Positions 39,303 to 47,438 of a stretch of DNA of 59,360 nucleotides are shown here, one piece after another; within the stretch, counting starts at the first letter, position 1; the number at the start of each line of letters is the position of its first letter. Source of the stretch: Planctomycetales bacterium (GTDB taxonomy: Bacteria > Omnitrophota > Gorgyraeia > Gygaellales > Profunditerraquicolaceae); the NCBI GenBank assembly GCA_005239725.1, contig SBBM01000038.1:1-59360 (forward strand), read 5' to 3'. The position numbers and the translations under genes were made by a program. The notes under the pieces were generated by a model. It was not told the origin of the DNA and ran no database searches. It was given only the letters and a program-made list of their open reading frames with translations.

Positions 39303-40676
39303 TTATTCCATCTCAACGTGTTTTATTTTATTCCAAGCCTTCAACTCTTCAATCATGTACGACTGTATCGCATATAATTCCTGGTCGGTAAAATCCGTAA
39401 AATTCACCCTTACTTTTTCTCCCTGTTCCCCTAAACCCAGAATGTATTCCTCTTCATCCTGTATCTTGCCCTGCCCTGAAGCCATACGGTAAAGTTCCGT
39501 GCCCGGATAAGGGGTCAAAAAGAAGATAACCTCGGGTGCCAACTCTAGCTCCTTGCAAAAGTCAATAGTCTCCTGAATGGTCTCCTTTGTTTCTCCTGGA
39601 TAACCGATCATAAACGAACAATCTGCCCAGCCCAGATATTTTCTGGTCAGGCGAATAGCCTTCTTGGCCTGCTCAACGCTAACCTGTTTGTTTATAATAT
39701 CCAGCATCTTCTGGCTTCCGGATTCAATGCCATAGCCGATAAGAACGCACCCGCTATCAGCCATCGTCCTAATCAAATCTTCGGTCATAAGGTTTACCCT
39801 GCCGGCGCAGCCCCAGGTTATTTTTTTACTCACCGTTTTGCTGAATGACTTCAATAAACGGCAAAACTGGTGAACAAATTCTCTATTCATCACAAATTCA
39901 TCATCAATAAAATGAAAATATGTAACCTTATATTTTTCATAAAGGGTCTTGATTTCCTCGAGGATATTTCCGGGGGACCTGTGCCGGTGCCCCATTCCCA
40001 TAAAATCATGGTAGCAATAAATACACCGATACGGACAACCCCTGGTAGCAAACAGGTTAATGGACAGCTGCCAGCTTCCCTGCGCTGAGCCGTCAATCCA
40101 TTTATTCCGGTTCGGCGCGCCGACAGGGTTCTTAAGATATATATCCATAGGGAAAAGGTCCCATGCCGGCAAAGGAATACTATCCAGGTCTTCAATAGGA
40201 GGGCGTTTGCCGGTGATGATTATCTTGCCGTCGGCATCCTTATATTGTATGCCTTTAACTTTAGACAAATCCGCTTTATCCTGTAAAACTGTTATCAATT
40301 CGCGTACAGTCTCTTCTCCTTCGCCGATGCAGACTATATCCGCCTGATTTTTCCCCAAAATGATATGCGGTATAGACGTCCCTACGCTACCGCCTATAAT
40401 AATTTTCTTGTGCGGGTGATATTTCTTTAGCAAAAAAATGAGCCATTTAACATATTTATACGTAGTGACAATGCCGCCTATCCCGACCACATCAAATTCT
40501 GTATTTTTAATTTTTTGTTCCACCTTTGCCCTATCCCACCTGTAAGCATTAATATCCAGGACTTTAACCTCATGTCCATCCCGAAGCAGGACCGAAGATA
40601 TGTAACCCAACCCCGCAGGGAAAACATTCGGCTTGGCCCATTCGCGGATAGGCGGATTTATCAGCAGGATTTTCAT
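39303..40676 (-). CDS. Cobalamin-binding radical SAM protein embedded in the pse genes
   Basis: KILLINPP, PAGLGYI, GEGE, TRGCPYRCIYC and GIESGSQ motifs. Confidence 0.92.
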   Translation of the reverse strand: MKILLINPPIREWAKPNVFPAGLGYISSVLLRDGHEVKVLDINAYRWDRAKVEQKIKNTEFDVVGIGGIVTTYKYVKWLIFLLKKYHPHKKIIIGGSVGTSIPHIILGKNQADIVCIGEGEETVRELITVLQDKADLSKVKGIQYKDADGKIIITGKRPPIEDLDSIPLPAWDLFPMDIYLKNPVGAPNRNKWIDGSAQGSWQLSINLFATRGCPYRCIYCYHDFMGMGHRHRSPGNILEEIKTLYEKYKVTYFHFIDDEFVMNREFVHQFCRLLKSFSKTVSKKITWGCAGRVNLMTEDLIRTMADSGCVLIGYGIESGSQKMLDIINKQVSVEQAKKAIRLTRKYLGWADCSFMIGYPGETKETIQETIDFCKELELAPEVIFFLTPYPGTELYRMASGQGKIQDEEEYILGLGEQGEKVRVNFTDFTDQELYAIQSYMIEELKAWNKIKHVEME

Positions 40677-41815
40677 ACGGACAATTCCTTTACTTTCGAT
40701 ATTACATATTTTATTTCCGGGACCGTTAACCCGGGGAAAAGCGGAAGCGTAACTGCCAGGCTATAATATTTTTCTGCCAGGGGGCATTTAACGCCTTTAT
40801 AATCCGGAAGATTGCTATAATAGGGGTGCCGGTAAACCGGAATATAATGGACTTGCGCTAGAATACCTGAATTGCGCAAACCTTCATAAACCTTTTTTTG
40901 CATTGCGGAATTCTTTAGCCGCAGGCAATAAATATGCCAGGAAGAATGAACATATTCTTTTTCTACAGGAAGAACCAGCCCGGATACCATTTTTAATGCC
41001 TCGTTGTAGATATCGCGTATTTCTCTACGCCTCTTTATAAAACTATCCAATTTTTTCAGTTGGCTTAGGCCCAATGCGCACTGAAAATCCGTGATGCGGT
41101 AATTAAAACCCAATTCCTGCATTTCGTAATGCCAAAACCCGGCGCCTTTCTTCTTAAACTTATTGAAATCTTTAGTTATTCCGTGCGCCCGCAGGCCTAA
41201 AAGCTTTTCATAAAAACTCTTGCTATTGGTCAATACCGCGCCGCCTTCGCCGGTAGTAATGCTTTTAACCGGATGAAAGCTAAATACGGTCATATCCGAA
41301 TATTTACAGGCACCGATTTTTGAGCCCTTATATTCCGCGCCAAGGGCATGACAGGCATCCTCAATCACCGCCAGGTTATATTTCCGGGCAATACCGCCTA
41401 TCTCCTCCATATCGCAGGGATGTCCGGCAAAATGCACCGGCATCAATGCCCTTGTCTTGCCCGATATTTTCTTTCTTATTTCCAAGGGGTTAATATTTAC
41501 AGTATCTTCCTGTATATCCGAAAACACTGGTTTGCCGCCGCAATATAAAACCGAGTTTGCCGAAGCCGCAAACGTTATAGGCGAAATTATTACCTCATCG
41601 CGATGGCCGATGCCGGCTGAAAGACATGCAATATGTAAAGCTGCAGTTCCGCTGGATACGGCTACGGCATATTTGGCTCCGGTATATTTACAAAGAGCGT
41701 CCTCAAATTCCTTTATCTTCGGCCCCTGGGTAAGCCAATCAGATTTCAAAATCTTTACGACTTCTCTGATATCGGCGGTATCGATAGCCTGCCTGCCGTA
41801 AGGAATAGGCCTCAT
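40673..41815 (-). CDS. pseC: UDP-4-amino-4,6-dideoxy-AltNAc transaminase
   Basis: IPYGRQ, WLTQGP, EDACHALG, FSFHPVKSITTGEGG, LGFNYR and VHYIPV motifs. Start at the Met at 41815. Confidence 0.9.
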   Translation of the reverse strand: MRPIPYGRQAIDTADIREVVKILKSDWLTQGPKIKEFEDALCKYTGAKYAVAVSSGTAALHIACLSAGIGHRDEVIISPITFAASANSVLYCGGKPVFSDIQEDTVNINPLEIRKKISGKTRALMPVHFAGHPCDMEEIGGIARKYNLAVIEDACHALGAEYKGSKIGACKYSDMTVFSFHPVKSITTGEGGAVLTNSKSFYEKLLGLRAHGITKDFNKFKKKGAGFWHYEMQELGFNYRITDFQCALGLSQLKKLDSFIKRRREIRDIYNEALKMVSGLVLPVEKEYVHSSWHIYCLRLKNSAMQKKVYEGLRNSGILAQVHYIPVYRHPYYSNLPDYKGVKCPLAEKYYSLAVTLPLFPGLTVPEIKYVISKVKELSV

Positions 41816-41817
41816 CT

Positions 41818-42795
41818 TTATTCCTTTATTATTGCACACAGCTCTCTACCGGAAAGCCAATGTGAATTAGAATCGCTTGTGTACCTAAAACCGTCAGGGA
41901 GCTTCTTTCCTGACTTATGATTCCCTCGGCACCACCAGGAATGCTCGGGGGTAATGATAAAATTTTTTGCGAACTCCACGGCATGCCTGGATTCATCTTC
42001 CGTGAGCAGGCATTCATGGATCTTTTCTCCCGGCCTGATGCCCGTATATTTAATTTTGCAACCGGGGGCAAGCGCATCCGCCAAATCCACGATTTTTGTG
42101 CTCGGGCATTTCGGCACGAATATTTCTCCGCCGTGCATTTCCTCAATACACCTGATGACGAATTCAACGCCTTGCTTTAAGGTAAGCCAAAAACGGGTCA
42201 TTCTCTTATCCGTAACCGTAACTGTCCCGGTTGAACTCTGCTTCTTAAACAACGGTATTACGCTACCCCTGCTGCCGACAACATTACCGTACCTTACGCA
42301 GGACATCTTGGTTTTCCGCTTGGGGCCGACATACGAATTGGCGGCAATAAATAATTTTTCCATGCACATTTTGGTTGCCCCGTATAAATTTACCGGATTA
42401 ACCGCCTTATCCGTACTGATAGCCATAACCTTGGCTACATTATGGTCGATAGCGGCATTAATGACATTTTGTGCCCCCAGGATATTGGTTTTGATCGCTT
42501 CAAACGGATTGTACTCGCAAGAGGGCACCTGTTTCAGGGCGGCGGCATGGACCACGATGTCGACACCATCCATAGCCCGCTCAACCCTTTCTTTATCCCT
42601 GACGTCTCCGATAAAAAATCTTAAGTACCGGTTACCATCAAACTTCTTATCCATCTCATACTGTTTCAACTCATCTCGGCTAAAAATCCTTATAGCTTTT
42701 GGCTTATATTTAGCAAGCATGATCTCGACGAATTTGTGCCCGAACGAGCCTGTGCCACCGGTGAGAAGTATAGTCTTATCTTTCCAGTAATCCAC
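41818..42795 (-). CDS. pseB: UDP-GlcNAc 4,6-dehydratase (inverting)
   Basis: TGGTGSFG, SRDELKQ, AALKQVP, STDKAVNPVNLYGATK, MTRFW and GIRPGEK motifs; GTG start after AAGGAGG. Confidence 0.93.
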   Translation of the reverse strand: MDYWKDKTILLTGGTGSFGHKFVEIMLAKYKPKAIRIFSRDELKQYEMDKKFDGNRYLRFFIGDVRDKERVERAMDGVDIVVHAAALKQVPSCEYNPFEAIKTNILGAQNVINAAIDHNVAKVMAISTDKAVNPVNLYGATKMCMEKLFIAANSYVGPKRKTKMSCVRYGNVVGSRGSVIPLFKKQSSTGTVTVTDKRMTRFWLTLKQGVEFVIRCIEEMHGGEIFVPKCPSTKIVDLADALAPGCKIKYTGIRPGEKIHECLLTEDESRHAVEFAKNFIITPEHSWWCRGNHKSGKKLPDGFRYTSDSNSHWLSGRELCAIIKE

Positions 42796-42810
42796 AATTT
42801 CCTCCTTTTA

Positions 42811-43680
42811 TTATTGATCCAGACAATAACGCCTGTCTTTTTCAAATACAGCATATACGAATTGCGCAAACAGCGATAAAGGCACAAAGTGGCGGCAGGA
42901 AAAAAAACCGATTTTTGGTTTAAAAATATTTGCCAACTGCCTGTCCCCCTTAATGATCGAGTAAAAAAACAGGTGTGATACCCGCAGCCTGCATTTTTTT
43001 GCAATGTGCCTGATCTCGGAAAATGTCAGGAAATGATGCGAACTGAAATTATTCCGGTCAGCCCAAAACTTCTTCCTGGAATAATACTTTATATATTTAA
43101 GGCAGAGTTGGGTGATCCGGGATATTCCATGCCTCGGCTCAATTAAAAGGATGCAGCCGTTCTCCGATAGATGAGAAACACATTTCTGCATAAATTCGGT
43201 CCGATTCGGGATATGGTGTATAGAATTAATAAATACTATCATGTCAAACTTCCGCTTAAACTCGGTTCTTAAGAAATCCCCGCAAATTAATTCAGATTTT
43301 ACGCGGTCATCCGCACGAATGACTTCTTTGGCGATATACTCGATAAAAGGTTTCACAATATCGATAGCCGTATAATTTATCAAATTCGGGGAATCCAAAA
43401 ACAGCCTAGCATAAAATCCGTTCCCCGGTCCAATCTCTAACACAGATGAAGGAGAATAGCTGCCGATAGCCCAACTGACGATCCTGCCTTCCTTAGTTTC
43501 GCCGGCAGGGATGAATCTCATATGGTCACGGTCATAACTCCCTGGGTTTGCATATTGGGCATTATTATGCAAACGCGTAGACTCCAGCAATGCGGCCTTT
43601 TCATCAGTAGCCAACAAACGCCACATCAAATGATTCGGCAGCATAAAATAGAGAAATACCCCCAGGTGGCTGTTAAGCAA
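42811..43680 (-). CDS. Class I SAM-dependent methyltransferase
   Basis: VLEIGPGNG and NSIHHI motifs. Start moved to the TTG at 43680, which follows GGAGG. Confidence 0.8.
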   Translation of the reverse strand: MLNSHLGVFLYFMLPNHLMWRLLATDEKAALLESTRLHNNAQYANPGSYDRDHMRFIPAGETKEGRIVSWAIGSYSPSSVLEIGPGNGFYARLFLDSPNLINYTAIDIVKPFIEYIAKEVIRADDRVKSELICGDFLRTEFKRKFDMIVFINSIHHIPNRTEFMQKCVSHLSENGCILLIEPRHGISRITQLCLKYIKYYSRKKFWADRNNFSSHHFLTFSEIRHIAKKCRLRVSHLFFYSIIKGDRQLANIFKPKIGFFSCRHFVPLSLFAQFVYAVFEKDRRYCLDQ

Positions 43681-44014
43681 TTTTAGCCTCCTCTCTGGCG
43701 GCAAGCTCTTCCAATTCACGTTTTATCAAATTGTATTCGCTTTCCTTAATTTTCAAAAAGTGCTGCATAAGCTGCAGCTTGTGCTGGAGTCCTTGCTTTG
43801 TGAGGATATAATTTATTTTGCGTAGTTTACCTGGATGATTTGAAAAATTTTTAACCTCGATTAAGCCTTTTTTGATAAGTTCTCTGAGGAGGTAATTAGT
43901 TTTGCCCAAAGAAATGCCCAGATTTTGCGAAATTGCTCGCTGAGTAATCTTTGGGTTAGATTCTATCTCCTTGATAATAAAAAGGATATCTTCTTTTTGA
44001 GGTTGTTCAATCAT
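43673..44014 (-). CDS. MarR-type EPS-associated transcriptional regulator
   Basis: TQRAISQNLGISLGKTNY, KKGL, NF...YILTKQG and FLKIKESEY motifs. Confidence 0.9.
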   Translation of the reverse strand: MIEQPQKEDILFIIKEIESNPKITQRAISQNLGISLGKTNYLLRELIKKGLIEVKNFSNHPGKLRKINYILTKQGLQHKLQLMQHFLKIKESEYNLIKRELEELAAREEAKIA

Positions 44015-44049
44015 TGAACTATTTTAGCATAAAAAAAACGGAAAATCAA
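44005..44049 (-). promoter_or_regulatory. Sigma70 promoter (probably leaderless) with a palindromic operator over the start codon
   Basis: TTGATT (44049-44044), 17-bp spacer, TG-extended TAAAAT (44026-44021), then 6 nt to the ATG. The inverted repeat GTTCAAT-G-ATTGAAC lies at 44005-44019. Confidence 0.8.
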
Positions 44050-44065
44050 GGTCATATTCTCTGTA

Positions 44066-44260
44066 TGTAAAAGCAAGATAGAAATTTCATATTTTTAGCA
44101 AAATAGAAATTTCATATTTTAAAGAGCGCCTACCAGAGTTTCTTCTTTCTCTTCAAAGTCTAAGGAAGTCGGTAATCTAAAGTTCCTCCAGGGATGATCC
44201 TTAGGAGGAATGTATTTCTTTCTTAGGTTTTTAAAAGGTTCTTTTGGTTTTGGTGCCCCA
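44066..44260 (-). mobile_element. Right-end remnant of an IS1202/ISNCY-type insertion sequence
   Basis: Transposase-like C-terminus KYIPPKDHPWR. Two 25-bp-period direct repeats AGCAARATAGAAATTTCATATTTT (44072, 44097) follow it, ending at a terminal TGT (44066). Confidence 0.7.
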
Positions 44261-44307
44261 TTTAAACACGGCATAACTATGCTTAATTCCAGGCTGTTAC
44301 CTTCCAT
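44260..44307 (-). pseudogene. 5' stub of a GT2 glycosyltransferase fused to the transposase remnant
   Basis: MEGNSLELSIVMPCLN is a canonical GT2 N-terminus and is coupled to the upstream gene. The similarity stops abruptly there. Confidence 0.7.
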
Positions 44308-45112
44308 TCTTCTGCACCGCCTTTTGAAAAACCAGCAAAATACTGTGTCCGGCGAACAATGATGTCGATAAATCTAAACACTTTAGAAAAAACTTAACGA
44401 AAATATCATTTCCGCAATACGAATACAACTTCTGAAGGACCGGCCTGAATAAAACTATTTCGTTTTTAAGACCCTTTATGCCGTCAATCGGGGATGCCTC
44501 TTTTAATATAAAACCCCTGGCCTGAAAATCTCTTATGACACGTTGCGCATTTAATGCAAACTGGTAAAAATCATCTCTAGATTTATCCTCATACAAAGGA
44601 TAAAAACCGATCATCGCTTTCAGCCGTCTCAATATAGACATATAGGGAAAAACCAGAAATAAATAGCCTCCGTCTTTGATAACCCTGTGCATCTCGGATA
44701 ATATTTCGCCATACCCTCCTTGAAAATGCTCAATTACCCCCCAGGACCAATATCCCGAAAAATAGCCATTCTCAAAAGGCAGCTGCCTTACGTCCGCAAA
44801 CCTGACTTCAATTTCCGGAACAAATTTTTGCAAAGACTTGACTGTTTCCGCAGCATAATCAACACCAATACATTTGTATCCGCTATTCACCAGAGATGCG
44901 ATATTAAATCCATTGCCGCAGCCACCCTCAAGGATAATGCCATCTGAAGGCTTTAGGTACTTTCTGGTCACCGTGCTGACAAAGGTATTTTTTTTTGCAA
45001 GTAACCGGGCGCGTATGTCTTTATTAATATTCCAGTGATTATCCCAAAAGACAGGCGTTGCCTTTAGCTCGGCGAAAATTAATTGATTCCGGGCAGAGTC
45101 GAAATATTTCAT
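44297..45112 (-). CDS. Class I SAM-dependent methyltransferase
   Basis: ILEGGCGNG, DVRQLPF and GVIEHF motifs. Confidence 0.88.
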   Translation of the reverse strand: MKYFDSARNQLIFAELKATPVFWDNHWNINKDIRARLLAKKNTFVSTVTRKYLKPSDGIILEGGCGNGFNIASLVNSGYKCIGVDYAAETVKSLQKFVPEIEVRFADVRQLPFENGYFSGYWSWGVIEHFQGGYGEILSEMHRVIKDGGYLFLVFPYMSILRRLKAMIGFYPLYEDKSRDDFYQFALNAQRVIRDFQARGFILKEASPIDGIKGLKNEIVLFRPVLQKLYSYCGNDIFVKFFLKCLDLSTSLFAGHSILLVFQKAVQKNGR

Positions 45113-45118
45113 TATCTT

Positions 45119-46060
45119 TTATACGGTTTTGCCGACCTTTATCGTAAAATACTTTATGGTGCGGTTAAGCCCTTCTTCCAATGATATTTTTGGCTGCCAG
45201 TTAAGCATGGCCCTGGCCTTTGTAATGTCAGGGCGGCGCTGTTTGGGGTCGTCTTCGGGAAGCGGCAGGAATTTAATCTTTGATTTTGAGCCGGTTAATG
45301 TAATTACCTTATTTGCTAATTCAAGTACTGTAAATTCAAAAGGGGTGCCCAGATTCAACGGCCCGGGATAATCAACTTCCATAAATTTGGTTATACCTTC
45401 AATCAAGTCGTCAACGTAACAAAAAGAACGCGTCTGCAGGCCATTGCCGTAAATGGTCAGCTCCTGGTTTGTTAATGCATGGCAGATGAAATTTGAAACT
45501 ACCCGCCCGTCATCAACGCGCATATATGGTCCATACGTATTAAATATCCTTATTACCCTTACATTGATGCCGTTCTGGCGGTAATATGCGAAGGTTAAAG
45601 CCTCTGCCGCACGTTTTGCCTCATCGTAACAAGAACGCGGCCCGATAGGATTAACGTTGCCCCAATATTCTTCCGGCTGGGGCGTAACTAACGGATCGCC
45701 ATAAATTTCCGAGGTAGATGCCAGGAAAAACTTCGCCTTCTTTGCTTTGCATATTCCGAGGCAATTATACGTCCCAAGTAAACCGACTTTCAGGGTCTTT
45801 ATAGGGTATTTTAAATAATCTTTCGGAGAGGCCGGCGAAGCAAAATGCATTACCCAGTCCAATTCTCCGTCTATAAGCAATGATTCGGATATATCATGCG
45901 TTCTAACCGAAAACTTGGGGTTATTCAATAAATCGCGAATATTTCCTTCATCGCTGGTTATAAAATTATCAACGCAAACCACCTCATTCCCGTCATTTAT
46001 CAGCCTTCTGCACAGATGTGAACCTAAAAAACCGGCGCCCCCCGTGATTAGTATCCGCAT
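45119..46060 (-). CDS. uxs: UDP-glucuronate decarboxylase (UDP-xylose synthase)
   Basis: [44 protein letters not shown] and [10 protein letters not shown] motifs. Confidence 0.93.
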   Translation of the reverse strand: MRILITGGAGFLGSHLCRRLINDGNEVVCVDNFITSDEGNIRDLLNNPKFSVRTHDISESLLIDGELDWVMHFASPASPKDYLKYPIKTLKVGLLGTYNCLGICKAKKAKFFLASTSEIYGDPLVTPQPEEYWGNVNPIGPRSCYDEAKRAAEALTFAYYRQNGINVRVIRIFNTYGPYMRVDDGRVVSNFICHALTNQELTIYGNGLQTRSFCYVDDLIEGITKFMEVDYPGPLNLGTPFEFTVLELANKVITLTGSKSKIKFLPLPEDDPKQRRPDITKARAMLNWQPKISLEEGLNRTIKYFTIKVGKTV

Positions 46061-46061
46061 C

Positions 46062-47357
46062 TTAACCTCTCCCTATACATTTGTAAATAAAGCCCATATT
46101 CTTCATTTTTGCCGGGCCAAAAATATTTCTTCCGTCGACGATTACCGGATGGCTGAGCAACTTTTTAATTTTTTCCAAATCCAGCCTCTTAAACTCATCC
46201 CATTCAGTCATAATCAAAAGGCAATTAGCTTTTCGCGCTGCTTCGTAAGGGTCATTGCAGAATTTAACCCCTTTTAATTCCGCGCTTGCTTTCGGCATGG
46301 CCTTGGGATCGTAAGCCTTAAGCCGCGCCCCCGCAGATATAAGCATCTTTGCTATATCCATAGCCACGGAATTGCGGATATCGTCTGTGTCGGGCTTAAA
46401 ACTCAAACCCAGGATGCCGATAGTTTTATCCTTGATTATCCATAAGGCTTCTTCAATTTTCTTGAATAAAACTTTTTTCTGTTCGTCATTTATGCGCCGA
46501 ACTGCTTTAAGTAATTCAAATTCATATCCTTTTACATGCGCCAAATGTATAAAGGCATCCACGTCCTTGGGAAAACAGGAGCCGCCGTAACCTGCACCGG
46601 CATTTAAAAACGACCGGCCTATGCGTTTATCCAAACCCATTGCCTCCGCCACTTTTTCCACATCCGCACCCACTCTCTCACAGATACTGGCGATAGCGTT
46701 GATAAACGAAATCTTGGTTGCCAGGAAAGAATTACAGGCGTGTTTTATGATTTCCGCGGTTTCGATATTGCAGGCGATTATCGGCGTCTTTAAAGGGCCA
46801 TAGAGCTTGCGCATAATCTCTTCGGCAGTCTTACTCGCTACGCCTATAATTATCCTGTCGGGATGCATGGCATCGGTTAAGGCCTGGCCTTCTCTGATGA
46901 ACTCCGGATTAGAAACAACATCAAAAGCGACCTTGCGCGAATTGCTCATTTCTATTGTACGCTTGATTTTTTCGCCGGTTTCTGCCGGCACTGTGCTCTT
47001 TTCCACAATAACTTTATATTCCTTCATAGCCCCGGCAATCGCGCGCGCGACTTTCTCCACTGCGGATAAATCCGCGCTCCCGTCGGAGCGGGATGGCGTG
47101 CCAACGCAAATAAAAATAATCTGGGATTTCTCTGTCGCTTCCTTTATGCTGAAAATAAAATTAAGCCTCTTTGCCTTTTTATTTCTTAAAACCATCTCTT
47201 CCAGGCCCGGCTCATATATCGGCATTATCCCCTTTTTAAGGCTTACAATTTTTTTCTTATCGTTATCCACGCAAATTACCCGGTTTCCCAACTCGGCAAG
47301 GCATGCCGCCGTAACCAAACCCACATAGCCCGAACCAATAACAGCTACTTTTTGCAT
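46062..47357 (-). CDS. ugd: UDP-glucose 6-dehydrogenase
   Basis: [26 protein letters not shown] and FKPDTDD motifs. Confidence 0.93.
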   Translation of the reverse strand: MQKVAVIGSGYVGLVTAACLAELGNRVICVDNDKKKIVSLKKGIMPIYEPGLEEMVLRNKKAKRLNFIFSIKEATEKSQIIFICVGTPSRSDGSADLSAVEKVARAIAGAMKEYKVIVEKSTVPAETGEKIKRTIEMSNSRKVAFDVVSNPEFIREGQALTDAMHPDRIIIGVASKTAEEIMRKLYGPLKTPIIACNIETAEIIKHACNSFLATKISFINAIASICERVGADVEKVAEAMGLDKRIGRSFLNAGAGYGGSCFPKDVDAFIHLAHVKGYEFELLKAVRRINDEQKKVLFKKIEEALWIIKDKTIGILGLSFKPDTDDIRNSVAMDIAKMLISAGARLKAYDPKAMPKASAELKGVKFCNDPYEAARKANCLLIMTEWDEFKRLDLEKIKKLLSHPVIVDGRNIFGPAKMKNMGFIYKCIGRG

Positions 47358-47374
47358 TTGAGTACCTCCGTTTT

Positions 47375-47426
47375 GGGGACAGGTGCCTTCTTTTACTTTA
47401 GAGCTAACAAGATAGCATCTGCCCCC
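47375..47426. repeat. 52-bp hairpin repeat, copy 1 (intergenic, manC-ugd)
   Basis: GGGGACAGGTGC...GCATCTGCCCCC; 10 of 12 positions are inverted matches; preceded by TTTT. Confidence 0.75.
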
Positions 47427-47438
47427 GATTAGATTATC

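Noticed and set aside
44072-44120. 25-bp direct repeats as MarR binding sites, iterons or a mini-CRISPR
   Set aside because: Their position right after a transposase-like C-terminus and next to a terminal TGT fits an IS end better.
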